Assembly (NCBI GenBank): GCA_934096945.1
Contig: CAKOND010000005.1
Coordinates: 18,088-82,087 of the forward strand
Length of the DNA stretch: 64,000 bases
Reading direction: 5' to 3'
Origin: an uncultured Bacilli bacterium
GTDB taxonomy: Bacteria; Bacillota_I; Bacilli_A; RF39; UBA660
Shown: one piece after another, positions 19,815-29,782 of the stretch
Numbering within the stretch: position 1 is the stretch's first letter
Layout of the letters: each line of letters starts with the position of its first letter
Notes under the pieces: model-generated
Database searches by the model: none
What the model saw: the letters and a program-made list of their open reading frames with translations, nothing else
Told to the model about the DNA's origin: nothing
Translations under genes and position numbers: made by a program

Positions 19815-20417
19815 CTAAATTTCAAGATTTATCTTATCACAAATTCCTATTTTTGTAAATTGCATTTCATAACGAATGCTATCTTTAATAACTAAAATAT
19901 TAGTGATATTTTCTAAATTAGTTTTAATAGTTACTTCTAAAGTGCCTAGGCTATATTTTATACTTCTTTCTAAATCATTTTTATCCTCAGTATAACTATA
20001 TTCATTTAATGTATTAAATAAATTACTTAAATTTGTTTCTTCTTCAAAATATTCTTCTTTTTCATTTAAATTTAGTTTATAAGTTTTTTCATTTTCTTTT
20101 ATATACTTGGTTATTCCTTCACTATTTTCTTTATACCAAAGTTCTTTTTGATTACATCTTATGCCTTCATAAATAATAATATTTTCATTATCATTTACTT
20201 TATATTTATATGTTAAATTATCTACCAGTAACGCTTTTTCCATATCAGATATGTTTTTAAAACTTTTAACACTTGGCTTTTCTTCTGAAGGTTCATTATT
20301 TTGGCTAGGACTTTCATTTTTAGAAAATGCAAGTAATAATACTGCAACAAATATTATCCAAAAAATAAGTTTTAAAAGAGCATTTCCCTCTTTAGTTTGT
20401 AAAAATTTATTTTTCAT
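19815..20417 (-). CDS. hypothetical membrane-anchored protein
   Basis: One N-terminal TM helix. Overlaps the fmt stop by 4 nt. No recognisable motif. Confidence 0.5.
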   Translation of the reverse strand: MKNKFLQTKEGNALLKLIFWIIFVAVLLLAFSKNESPSQNNEPSEEKPSVKSFKNISDMEKALLVDNLTYKYKVNDNENIIIYEGIRCNQKELWYKENSEGITKYIKENEKTYKLNLNEKEEYFEEETNLSNLFNTLNEYSYTEDKNDLERSIKYSLGTLEVTIKTNLENITNILVIKDSIRYEMQFTKIGICDKINLEI

Positions 20418-21337
20418 AATTCTACCTCTTTATATTTTTCTTTATCAATTCCGTTTATAAAACTTTCTATATTCATTACTTTTTTGCCACTTGGTTTTAT
20501 AATATTTAAATAAATTATGCCATCTTGGCATGTAATGCCCATTTTCTTTTTATCTATGATAATTTTACCTATTTCTGTGCTCTTTCTTTTTACGAATTCG
20601 GCATCAATAACTTTAATTTCATGACCTTGAACTAATATATTGGCAAGGGGCCATGGGTTCATTCCTTTAATTTTGCCTATAATTTTATCACCAGTTAAAT
20701 TAAAATTTAGTCTTTCATCTTCTCTTTTAATCATTGGTGCTAATGTAAAGTCATTACCTTGTTTTTCTCTTTTTACGTTATTGCTAAATATTTTGGGTAA
20801 AATATTTTCTAGAGTTTGTGCCCCTAAAAATGATAATTTATCGTGAAGAGTTCCAACATTATCACTATCTAAAATATTTATCTTATCTTTTTTTATAATA
20901 TCTCCAGTATCCATTCCTTCATCCATATACATTATTGTTACCCCGGTTTCTTTATCACCATTAAATAGTGCCCACTGAATTGGAGCAGAGCCGCGATATT
21001 TAGGTAAAAGTGAAGCATGAACGTTTATACAAGCAAACTTTGGCAAATCAAGGACTTCTTTAGGAAGTATTTGACCATATGCACAAGTTACAATTAAATC
21101 TATGTTTAATTTCTTTAAAATCTCATAATCATTTTTTATTCTAGATGGTTGAAAAACAGGGATATTATTTTCTATTGCTTTTCTTTTAACGGGGCTCATA
21201 ACAATTTCTTTTTTTCGACCTACTTCTTTGTCTGGTTGTGTAACTACCATTATAACATTTACATTTTTGATAAGCATCTCAAGTACTGGGACAGAAAAAT
21301 CTGGAGTTCCCATAAAAACAACATTTTTATCTTTCAT
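20414..21337 (-). CDS. fmt: methionyl-tRNA formyltransferase
   Basis: FMGTPDFSVPVL, HASLLPKYRGSAPIQWAL. Confidence 0.95.
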   Translation of the reverse strand: MKDKNVVFMGTPDFSVPVLEMLIKNVNVIMVVTQPDKEVGRKKEIVMSPVKRKAIENNIPVFQPSRIKNDYEILKKLNIDLIVTCAYGQILPKEVLDLPKFACINVHASLLPKYRGSAPIQWALFNGDKETGVTIMYMDEGMDTGDIIKKDKINILDSDNVGTLHDKLSFLGAQTLENILPKIFSNNVKREKQGNDFTLAPMIKREDERLNFNLTGDKIIGKIKGMNPWPLANILVQGHEIKVIDAEFVKRKSTEIGKIIIDKKKMGITCQDGIIYLNIIKPSGKKVMNIESFINGIDKEKYKEVEL

Positions 21338-22239
21338 TATTTCACCTTTTCTTTATAATATTCGTTTACATCATTTGCAAGACTTTCATTAAATGCTTTA
21401 TTTTTAATCATTTCAATTTCAAACTTATATGGTGGATTTCCATCTATATATGGAGTTTCTAGTATCTTAGGTATATTTTTAAAAATATCCATATAACAAA
21501 CATTTATTAGGGTTTCAAAACCTATCGTACCATATCCTAAATTTTCATGTCTATCTTTATGACTACCAATTGTATTCTTACTATCATTTAAATGTATACA
21601 TTTAACTTTTCCTAGTCCAATTACTTTATCAAATTCTTCTAAATATTCATTAAATTTTGAAATATCTATACCTGAGTCATTTAAATGACATGTATCTAAA
21701 CAAATTCCAACTTTTTCTTTTAAATTTATTCTATCTAAAATAAATTTAAGTTCATTTATATTTATTCCACATTCAGTTCCTTTACCTGCCATAGTTTCAA
21801 GTAAAATCATCGGTTTAGTATTTTCATCTATTATTAAATTAATAGCACTTGCAATATTATCTAAAGCAATATTTCTATCCATTTTCAAACTATTTCCAGG
21901 ATGCACTACAATATATTTAACATTCATCTGTGTTATTCTAGATATTTCTTGCTTTAAAAATGAACATGAAAATTTCCAAGATGTTATATTTTCTCTATTA
22001 GCTAAATTAATAATATAAGGTGCATGACATACCACGTTATCTATATCTATATCATTTTCTTTCATATATTTAAGTGCTTCAAGTGTTAAATTATCATCTA
22101 TTTCTTTTCTGATAGTATTTTGAGGTGCTCCGGTATAAAACATAAAAGTGGTGGCACCAAAGCTAACTGCTTGCTTAGCACTACCAAGTAATTGGTTAGC
22201 ACCAAAACTTACATGTGAACCTATTATCATTTTTATCAA
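21337..22239 (-). CDS. nfo: deoxyribonuclease IV (endonuclease IV)
   Basis: GSHVS, HAPYIINLA, VVHPG, LETMAGKG, CLDTCH, HLNDS. Confidence 0.9.
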   Translation of the reverse strand: MIKMIIGSHVSFGANQLLGSAKQAVSFGATTFMFYTGAPQNTIRKEIDDNLTLEALKYMKENDIDIDNVVCHAPYIINLANRENITSWKFSCSFLKQEISRITQMNVKYIVVHPGNSLKMDRNIALDNIASAINLIIDENTKPMILLETMAGKGTECGININELKFILDRINLKEKVGICLDTCHLNDSGIDISKFNEYLEEFDKVIGLGKVKCIHLNDSKNTIGSHKDRHENLGYGTIGFETLINVCYMDIFKNIPKILETPYIDGNPPYKFEIEMIKNKAFNESLANDVNEYYKEKVK

Positions 22240-22526
22240 CTTCTTTCTTAAATTTTACCTAATCCATTTTTATGAGAACTTTTATTTTTGTTCCCCACTT
22301 TTTGTTTATTTAATTATAACATATTTTTTGTCTATTTTATAATTTTTTTTGTGCTATCACCAGATAAATAACTTACAGAAGTCTCTAAATAAAAAGTGGG
22401 TCTAATACTATGATTACTATAAAACTTCAATTGATTATCTTATCGGAAGAACTAATGAAAAAAAGCCATATGATAAAAATTAATATATTGATAGCAAATT
22501 AAAAAAGCAAATAGTAAAATTTTAAA

Positions 22527-23126
22527 CTATTTGCTTTTATTTTCTAGTGATTCTTCCATTAAATTCTTAACAGTATCATAAAGTAATTTATTCGCTTCTT
22601 CTAGCTTTATATCTGTTACTTTAAATGGTTTACCATATTTAATAATTAAATTTTTGCTTCTAAAGACATAATCCCCAGTTATACCAAATGGCACTAGATA
22701 TGCATCTGTTTTCTTAGCCATAGAAACAGCTCCAAATTTAAATGGCAACAAGAACTCTTTGGTTTTATTTCTTGTCCCTTCGGGAAAGAGTCCAATTGCT
22801 CCACCATTTTTAAGGGTCTCAATTGCTTTTTCTTTAGCTTCTTTATCATGAATACTGCGATTCACAGAGATACATCCAACAGATTTAAAGAACCATCTGG
22901 TTTTTTTATTATCAAAATATTCTTTTTTAGCCATATATTTTATGAATCTTTTGGTTGAGATAATTGATAAACATTGATCATATAAGTGTTTGTGATTACC
23001 GACGATTAATATCGCACCTTTTTTTGGTATATTTTCCTTTCCAATTATAGTAGGATTATAATACCATTTAAAAAATGGCCCTAAAATAATTCTTCCTACT
23101 TTATATAAAATTGGCATTTTATTCAT
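22527..23126 (-). CDS. 1-acyl-sn-glycerol-3-phosphate acyltransferase family (PlsC-like)
   Basis: NHKHLYD (HX4D) and FPEGTRNK. The start MNKMPILYK overlaps the ligase stop; the track start at 23210 is an upstream extension. Confidence 0.8.
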   Translation of the reverse strand: MNKMPILYKVGRIILGPFFKWYYNPTIIGKENIPKKGAILIVGNHKHLYDQCLSIISTKRFIKYMAKKEYFDNKKTRWFFKSVGCISVNRSIHDKEAKEKAIETLKNGGAIGLFPEGTRNKTKEFLLPFKFGAVSMAKKTDAYLVPFGITGDYVFRSKNLIIKYGKPFKVTDIKLEEANKLLYDTVKNLMEESLENKSK

Positions 23127-24852
23127 CACAATCACCTCTTGTATCTTTTTGTAAACTTTTAAAATCAACTTTACCAAGCTTTGTCTTAGGTAGTCTTTTT
23201 CTAAAAACAAATTCTGCTGGAATCATATATTTAGATAATTTTTTCTTGCAATATGCTTTAATATCTTCTTTTATAAACATTGCTACATATCCTTCTTTTA
23301 AAACAATGAAGGCTTTAGGAACTTCTTGTTTATAAGGATGTGGGACACCCACCACTGTACATTGTAAAACAGCTGGATGAGATTCTATTACTTCTTCAAT
23401 ATGAGATGGGTATACGTTGTAGCCACTTGAAATTATCATTCTCTTAAGCCTTCCTTTGTAAAAAACAAATCCATCTTCATCCATGTATCCTAAATCGCCG
23501 GTATGAAGCCAGATGTGTCCATCTTTGTGAACTTGAAGTGCTGTGTTAGTTTCACTTTCATCATTTAAATATCCTTGCATAAATGCTTTAGAATGAACAC
23601 ATATTTCACCAACAACACCATATTTTAAAGTCTCTCTTGTAGCAGGATCGATTATTTTGACTTGATTTCCAGCAAGCGGAATTCCTACTGATCCAGATTT
23701 ATTTACATCATCACATGCTAAGCATACTGCTGCTAAGGCTTCTGACAAACCATAACCTTGAGTAATTTTGCCTGGAGAATTATGTTTTTTTAAATATTCA
23801 TTCATTTTATTTTCAAGACTCTTTGGCAAAATATCTCCGCCTGAAACAATATATTTTAATTTAGATAAATCTAAGTTTTTTACATTATTATTACTCATTA
23901 GCGCTTCATATAAAGTTGGGACACCTAATACGCAAGAAGGCTTTTTCTTGGCAAATATAATATCAAATTTTTTGGAATTAAACTGAGGTATTAAAATTGT
24001 ATAGCATCCAAGTGCTAAAGGAGTATGCATTAATACACTCAAACCAAACCCATGAAAATTGGGCATTATAGCAAGGCAACAATCACCAGCATGCAAATTT
24101 TTCATTGATATCTTTTCTTGAAGAGCCCCAAGGATAAAAGCTCTATTTTGAATAACAACATTTTTAGGAGTTCCACTTGTTCCTCCACTGTGAATTATAA
24201 CCGCTGGGGTATCTTTACCAAACTTAGGAAACTTAATATAATCGTCGTTATAATATTTTTTGTAAAAGCTTTTCCAACTTAAGTAAATATTTTTTTTAGG
24301 GTGCTTTTTATACTTACCTATTTGACTTAGATTATATCCCACTTTAAGAAAGAAAGGCATGTAATCCGATGCACTTGCAAATATGACTTCTTTTACTTCT
24401 GTTTTATCAATAATGTTCTCAATTTTTTCATAGAATGTATTTAGCATTATTAAATATTTACTCTTTGTTGATGTTAAACTAAATAGTATTTCTTCTTCAC
24501 TTGATAACGGATGAACCATATTAGCAATAGCACCAATTTTATTTAATGCGTATAAACTTACTAAAACATTAGGGATATTAGGCAGCATAATTGTTACAAT
24601 ATCTCCATGTTTAACCCCAGCTTTAGTAAATACCTTCGCATACTCATTTATTTCGTTAATAAATTTTTTATAACTACTTTTGTAGCCCATATATTCGTAA
24701 GCAATGTAATCTGGGTATAAGTAACTACTTTTTTTAACTTGGTCATACATACTTATATCAGGTATTTTTAAATTAAGTTCTTCCTTAGTATAATATTTTG
24801 CCCATGGCTCAGGTATGGGTTTTCTTCTTCTTAAAAATGCAAATAAATTCAC
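23119..24852 (-). CDS. AMP-dependent long-chain fatty-acid-CoA ligase family
   Basis: IIHSGGTSGTPKNV, GYGLSE, TGDLGYMDEDGF, C-terminal LPKTKLGKV. Confidence 0.85.
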   Translation of the reverse strand: MNLFAFLRRRKPIPEPWAKYYTKEELNLKIPDISMYDQVKKSSYLYPDYIAYEYMGYKSSYKKFINEINEYAKVFTKAGVKHGDIVTIMLPNIPNVLVSLYALNKIGAIANMVHPLSSEEEILFSLTSTKSKYLIMLNTFYEKIENIIDKTEVKEVIFASASDYMPFFLKVGYNLSQIGKYKKHPKKNIYLSWKSFYKKYYNDDYIKFPKFGKDTPAVIIHSGGTSGTPKNVVIQNRAFILGALQEKISMKNLHAGDCCLAIMPNFHGFGLSVLMHTPLALGCYTILIPQFNSKKFDIIFAKKKPSCVLGVPTLYEALMSNNNVKNLDLSKLKYIVSGGDILPKSLENKMNEYLKKHNSPGKITQGYGLSEALAAVCLACDDVNKSGSVGIPLAGNQVKIIDPATRETLKYGVVGEICVHSKAFMQGYLNDESETNTALQVHKDGHIWLHTGDLGYMDEDGFVFYKGRLKRMIISSGYNVYPSHIEEVIESHPAVLQCTVVGVPHPYKQEVPKAFIVLKEGYVAMFIKEDIKAYCKKKLSKYMIPAEFVFRKRLPKTKLGKVDFKSLQKDTRGDCDE

Positions 24853-25421
24853 TTTTGATTCTCCCTTTCCTTTTTAATTATATTCATTAATCTTTCAGTT
24901 TCTTCCTTTATATTGTTACTGCATTTAATTGGTTCTAAAAATTTGATAGTTAAATTTTTGGAAAATAGCTTGTATTTGCCAGTTATTACAAAAGGAACTA
25001 TTAGACTATTAGTGTCAATTGCCATTTTAACAGCTCCCTTTTTAAATTTTAACATTTCACCTGTTTTTTCTGTTGTTCCTTCAGGAAATATTCCAATAAG
25101 TTTTTCTTTTTTTAAATATCTTTCCGCCATGATTAATGCGTTTCCATCTTTATTTTTTCTGTCAACGGGAATAAGTCCAAGATGCCCAAAAATAATTTTT
25201 TTGGGTCCGTCCCAAAGTTCTTTCTTAGCTAAAAAATGGACGTTTCTTTTGGTAGAACTAATTAAAAGAGGAGCATCAAAAATACTCGTATGATTGCCAG
25301 CTAAAACAACTCTTCCGCTTTTGGGAATATTTTCTGTGCCAATTATTTTGGGTGCGAAAAAAACTTTATAAAAACCAGTAATTAAAGGTCTTAATATTTT
25401 ATATAATGTTGCATCTTTCAT
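24849..25421 (-). CDS. 1-acyl-sn-glycerol-3-phosphate acyltransferase family (PlsC-like)
   Basis: GNHTSIFD (HX4D) and FPEGTTEK. Confidence 0.8.
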   Translation of the reverse strand: MKDATLYKILRPLITGFYKVFFAPKIIGTENIPKSGRVVLAGNHTSIFDAPLLISSTKRNVHFLAKKELWDGPKKIIFGHLGLIPVDRKNKDGNALIMAERYLKKEKLIGIFPEGTTEKTGEMLKFKKGAVKMAIDTNSLIVPFVITGKYKLFSKNLTIKFLEPIKCSNNIKEETERLMNIIKKERENQK

Positions 25422-25519
25422 ATATCTTTCCTCGTATAATATTTTACCAAATTTCTTTTATTTTGTAAATTTTAAATACGAATAATATTTTAAATAATGC
25501 TTTTTCTTTTTAAATTTAT

Positions 25520-25807
25520 CTACTTTTTTTGTTTGCTTATTTCATAAGCTTTTTCTATTTCAGCTTTTGATAATCCAGTGTAATTACTTATTTTGGCAAT
25601 ACTTTCATTTTCACGTATCATTTTCTTTGCAACAGCCATTTTTCCCTCATTTATTCCTTCATTTATACCAAGTGCCTTGCCTTTTTTCATGCCACGAGCT
25701 TCACTTTTTTCTTTTATTAAATATTCTCTAGCATTTTGCATCATTATATTTTCCTTTTCTGGTGTTAGATTCCAAAATGATTTAATTGAATTTTCATTTA
25801 ATAACAT
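25520..25807 (-). pseudogene. 3' fragment of a second Rpn-type nuclease gene (tandem partial copy)
   Basis: It encodes MLLNENSIKSFWNLTPEKENIMMQNAREYLIKEKSEARG..., identical to residues ~223-260 of the upstream full-length gene, then a divergent tail. It has no N-terminal nuclease domain. Confidence 0.6.
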
Positions 25808-25828
25808 AAGTTTATTTGCACACTCCTT
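25657..25828. repeat. 172-bp near-identical direct repeat, copy 1 (period 284 bp)
   Basis: By hand alignment it matches 25941-26112 with only a few mismatches. Confidence 0.85.
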
Positions 25829-25833
25829 ATTTT

Positions 25834-26757
25834 TTATTTCATAAGCTTTTCTATTTCAGCTCTTGATAATCCGGTTGCACTTTTAATAATATCTGCACAA
25901 ATATTCATTTTAACTAAATTCTTTGCAACATCTATCTTTCCTTCATTTATGCCAAGTGCCTTGCCTTTTTTTATGCCACGAGCTTCACTTTTTTCTTTTA
26001 TTAAATATTCTCTAGCATTTTGCATCATTATATTTTCCTTTTCTGGTGTTAGATTCCAAAATGATTTAATTGAATTTTCATTTAATAACATAAGTTTATT
26101 TGCACACTCCTTCACTTCTGGGTCATCTACACTATCTGCATATATAATTATGTCATCTTTATTTCTTAATGAAATTAGTGTTAATAGCGACCCTTTCATA
26201 TTTTCTTTAGCAACATTATCATACCATACTTTTTTATAATTATCAAGATTTACATGCATAAATCTCAAATTAAGTAATATCTTTTTATACTCTTCTGGCA
26301 TATTTTCACTATCTATTATTAATCCTCTTTCTAATCCCATATTATAGTTTAAAGAGATATGAACAAATTTTGTTATTGTATCAAATCTTTCACCAACTTT
26401 TGTAAACTGTGAATAAAAACTAAAGAAAAAGCAATTATTTCTTACTATTGTTTCTTCACCCCATGATGTATTAAGTTCCATATGAATCATTTGCCCATTT
26501 GATTCTACGAGTAAATCTAATCTTTTAGTCCTTTCCTCAGTATTTTGTACTGCTAGTTCTGGTGACATTATTTTTATTACTTTAGTCTTTTCTTTAGTTA
26601 CTTCACTTATGAGTCTTTCTAAAAGATGATAATCCTCATTTTTAACTACTTCTTCACTACAAAAAATAGCTTTAAATACCCTATCATAGTAAAAGGCATA
26701 AAATTCTTGTTCTTCATTTTTATATTTCACTTTTTTAATTGTTGCAACGTTTTGCAT
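25834..26757 (-). CDS. Rpn family recombination-promoting nuclease / PD-(D/E)XK putative transposase
   Basis: YDRVFKAIF..., RLDLLVESNGQMIHMELN (D...D/E.K-like core) and a C-terminal helical tail typical of YhgA/Rpn-like proteins. Confidence 0.7.
   Translation of the reverse strand: MQNVATIKKVKYKNEEQEFYAFYYDRVFKAIFCSEEVVKNEDYHLLERLISEVTKEKTKVIKIMSPELAVQNTEERTKRLDLLVESNGQMIHMELNTSWGEETIVRNNCFFFSFYSQFTKVGERFDTITKFVHISLNYNMGLERGLIIDSENMPEEYKKILLNLRFMHVNLDNYKKVWYDNVAKENMKGSLLTLISLRNKDDIIIYADSVDDPEVKECANKLMLLNENSIKSFWNLTPEKENIMMQNAREYLIKEKSEARGIKKGKALGINEGKIDVAKNLVKMNICADIIKSATGLSRAEIEKLMK
25941..26112. repeat. 172-bp near-identical direct repeat, copy 2
   Basis: See copy 1. Confidence 0.85.
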
Positions 26758-26984
26758 GTTTTCACCTCATTTTTGAAAAGTTTATATAATTTGTCCCTTC
26801 ACTATATATATTTCCTAAAGTGACTCATTTTTTACCCTTTTTTTGAAAAGATTTTTCATATGCAACAACTAACAGCTAAAAATTTTGAATATATTAGCCA
26901 AAAACACGGCAAAAAAAATTTATTTTTTCTCATAAAAATATGTGTCAAAAAGTATAAAGTTTGTCAAAATTCGATTAAAAATGA

Positions 26985-27026
26985 CAAAAAAGACTATTAG
27001 ATGTATTAATTGTTTTTCTAATAGTC
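26985..27026 (-). terminator. Rho-independent terminator after valS
   Basis: On the minus strand: GACTATTAG-(17 nt)-CTAATAGTC followed by TTTTTT. Confidence 0.7.
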
Positions 27027-27032
27027 AATATC

Positions 27033-29552
27033 TTATTCGTTTTTTAATTTTGCTAATTTTTCTTCTTCAGATCTTAAAGTAAGTCTTTCCTTTTCTACAA
27101 GCTCTTTTGGCGCCTTAGCAACATAGTTTTCATTGCTTAGAAGTTTTTTTCTTCTTTCGATAGAATTTTCAAGTTCAGTAATTTGTTTATTTAAAAGCAT
27201 CATATCTTCTTCAGTAACTTCTTTTTCGTAATAAATATCTAAGTTATAATTTTTATAAATTACACTATATTTAGTACCTTTTATTTCTTTATGTTCATCT
27301 AAATCTATACGAAGAAGCTTCATTATTAAACCATAATCTTCTTTATTATTTATCTTTATGCCAAAATCCTTGCCAATTTTATTTTCAAGTTTTATATTTC
27401 TAAATACTTTGATAAATTCGATAATATTTGTAAATTCTTCATATTCTTTATCAAATACTTCAGACTTATTATATTTTGGATACCTTGATAAAATTATATT
27501 TTCTTCATGCAATGGCAGATTACTATAAAGTTCATCAGTAACATAAGGCATAAATGGATGAAGCATTTTAAGTATACAGCTAAGTACGTAACAAAGTACA
27601 GATTTAGTTGTTACATCATTTAAACTAAACTTAGCAAATTCAATATAATTATCACAAAAATCATTCCATACAAAACTATAAATTTCTGTTCCAACGTTAT
27701 TAAAATCATATTTTTCCATATTCTTAGTTACGCTTTTAATGGTATTATTTAAACTTGTTAAAATCCATTTATCTTCCATTTTTAAATTATCAAAATTTAA
27801 AGTATCTAAGTCTTCAATATTCATTAGAACAAAACGTGATGCATTCCATAGTTTATTGATAAAATTCCAGCTTGCTTTTACCTTTTCTTCATCGTATCTA
27901 AGATCAGTTCCTGCAGCAGAAGATGTTGTTAAGAAAAATCTTAAAGCATCAGCACCATAGGCATCTATAACATCCATTGGATCTACGCCATTACCTAAAG
28001 ATTTACTCATTTTTCTACCCTCTTTATCACGAATAAGCCCATGAATTAAACAATCTTTAAATGGTCTTTTTCCTGTAAAATGAAGTCCCTCAAAAGTCAT
28101 ACGATTAACCCAGAATGGAATAATATCATAGCCAGTGACTAAAACATTATTTGGATAAAATTTCTTAAAATCTTCAGTTTCATCTGGCCAGCCAAGTGTT
28201 GAAAATGGCCATAAAGCACTTGAGAACCATGTATCTAAAACATCATTATCTTGAACCCAACCATCACCAACGGGTGCAACTTCACCTACGTAAACTTCAT
28301 CACCTTTATACCAAGCAGGGATTCTATGTCCCCACCAAAGCTGACGAGAAATACACCAGTCATAAGTTATTTCCATCCAGTGATTCATAATTTTTTCATA
28401 TCTAGTTGGTACAAAATTTACTTTAGTATCTTTATTTTTTTGATTTTCCAATACTCTATCTGCAAGTGGACGCATTTTAACAAACCATTGTTTAGAAAGA
28501 TATGGTTCAACCATTACTCCACTTCTCTCACTATGTCCAACATTATGCATTATTTCTTCTACACTTATTAGTAAATCATTTTCTTTTAGGTATTCTACCA
28601 ACTTTTCACGAGCAACAAACCTATCAAGTCCAGCAAACTCTCCAGCATTTTCATTCATTGTTCCATCAGGATTTATACAAACAATTCTCTCTAAGTTATG
28701 TCTATTTCCAACTTCAAAGTCATTAGGATCATGAGCTGGAGTAATCTTAACAATACCAGTACCAAATAGAGGATCAGCATGCTTATCACCTACAATTGGA
28801 ATAAGTTTTCCAACTACTGGTAAAATGACGTTTTTACCAATTAAATCTTTATATCTTTCATCATCTGGATTAACCGCAACTGCTGTATCTCCAAATAATG
28901 TTTCAGGTCTAGTTGTGGCAACTTCTAAATACTCATCACTATTTTCTAAATAATATTTAATATGATAGAAAGCGCCTTTTACTTCCTTATATATAACTTC
29001 TTCATTAGAAAGGGCTGTCATTTGGGCAGGATCCCAATTTATAATTCTTTCTCCACGATAAATTAAGCCTTCATCGAAAAGTGTTTTAAATACATGATTA
29101 ACAGCTCTATTTAAGCCTTCATCAAGAGTAAATCTTTCTTTTGAATAACATAAAGCAAGTCCTAGTTTTGCCCATTGTTTATGAATATTTTCAGCATATT
29201 CATTTTTCCAATCCCATGCATATTTAAGCCATTCTTTACGAGTTATTCCACGAGGGTTAATTCCCATATCCCTTAATTTAGCATCGATTTTTGCTTGGGT
29301 TGCTATACCTGCATGATCCATTCCTGGAACCCATACTGCATTAAATCCTTGCATTTTTTTAAAGCGAATAATAATATCTTGAAGTGCTGTATCCCAAGCA
29401 TGACCTAAGTGTAGTTTACCTGTGACATTAGGTGGGGGAATAACTATAGCATAAGGTTTTCCTCCTTCTTTTTCTTCAAAATAACCATTCTTAACCCAGT
29501 TTTCATATTTACCATTTTCAACTTCTAAATGATTATACTTTTTTTCTAACAT
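27033..29552 (-). CDS. valS: valine--tRNA ligase
   Basis: PPPNVTGKLHLGH (HIGH), KMSKS, C-terminal coiled coil. The true start is MLEKKYNHLEVENGKY; the track N-terminus (to 29666) reads through the T-box leader. Confidence 0.95.
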   Translation of the reverse strand: MLEKKYNHLEVENGKYENWVKNGYFEEKEGGKPYAIVIPPPNVTGKLHLGHAWDTALQDIIIRFKKMQGFNAVWVPGMDHAGIATQAKIDAKLRDMGINPRGITRKEWLKYAWDWKNEYAENIHKQWAKLGLALCYSKERFTLDEGLNRAVNHVFKTLFDEGLIYRGERIINWDPAQMTALSNEEVIYKEVKGAFYHIKYYLENSDEYLEVATTRPETLFGDTAVAVNPDDERYKDLIGKNVILPVVGKLIPIVGDKHADPLFGTGIVKITPAHDPNDFEVGNRHNLERIVCINPDGTMNENAGEFAGLDRFVAREKLVEYLKENDLLISVEEIMHNVGHSERSGVMVEPYLSKQWFVKMRPLADRVLENQKNKDTKVNFVPTRYEKIMNHWMEITYDWCISRQLWWGHRIPAWYKGDEVYVGEVAPVGDGWVQDNDVLDTWFSSALWPFSTLGWPDETEDFKKFYPNNVLVTGYDIIPFWVNRMTFEGLHFTGKRPFKDCLIHGLIRDKEGRKMSKSLGNGVDPMDVIDAYGADALRFFLTTSSAAGTDLRYDEEKVKASWNFINKLWNASRFVLMNIEDLDTLNFDNLKMEDKWILTSLNNTIKSVTKNMEKYDFNNVGTEIYSFVWNDFCDNYIEFAKFSLNDVTTKSVLCYVLSCILKMLHPFMPYVTDELYSNLPLHEENIILSRYPKYNKSEVFDKEYEEFTNIIEFIKVFRNIKLENKIGKDFGIKINNKEDYGLIMKLLRIDLDEHKEIKGTKYSVIYKNYNLDIYYEKEVTEEDMMLLNKQITELENSIERRKKLLSNENYVAKAPKELVEKERLTLRSEEEKLAKLKNE

Positions 29553-29725
29553 AAAATACCCTTCTTTCCAAAAAAAAGAATGATACCTAAAGGAGTCAAC
29601 AAGTGACGGTACCATCCTTTTATTTAACTTATTTGATTTTATTGCATCTCTGCATTTATTTTTCATTTTGCAACCTTCATATACATTCTTTATTAGCTTC
29701 CACCAAATGCTAACTCTCTTTAAAA
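29553..29725 (-). promoter_or_regulatory. T-box leader (tRNA-sensing riboswitch) of valS
   Basis: The minus strand has AGAGAGTTAGCATTTGGTGGAAGC (stem I-like). The T-box sequence AAAGGATGGTACCGTCAC (rc of ~29603-29621) is followed by a terminator with a U-run before the RBS. A GUU triplet in ...GAAGGUUGC... is a candidate Val specifier. Confidence 0.7.
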
Positions 29726-29782
29726 GTAATATATATTACTCCTCAAAAATCACTAAAATATGACTATATTTTAACAAATTAT

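Noticed and set aside
29553-29666. Long N-terminal extension of valS in the track (MKNKCRDAIKSNKLNKRMVPSLVDSF...). Analogous extensions occur for rpsO (to 42073), infC (to 43525), priA (to 14064), rsgA (to 15598) and plsC (to 23210).
   Set aside because: The extensions read through leader RNA structures or upstream genes. Conserved protein N-termini with proper RBSs start further downstream.
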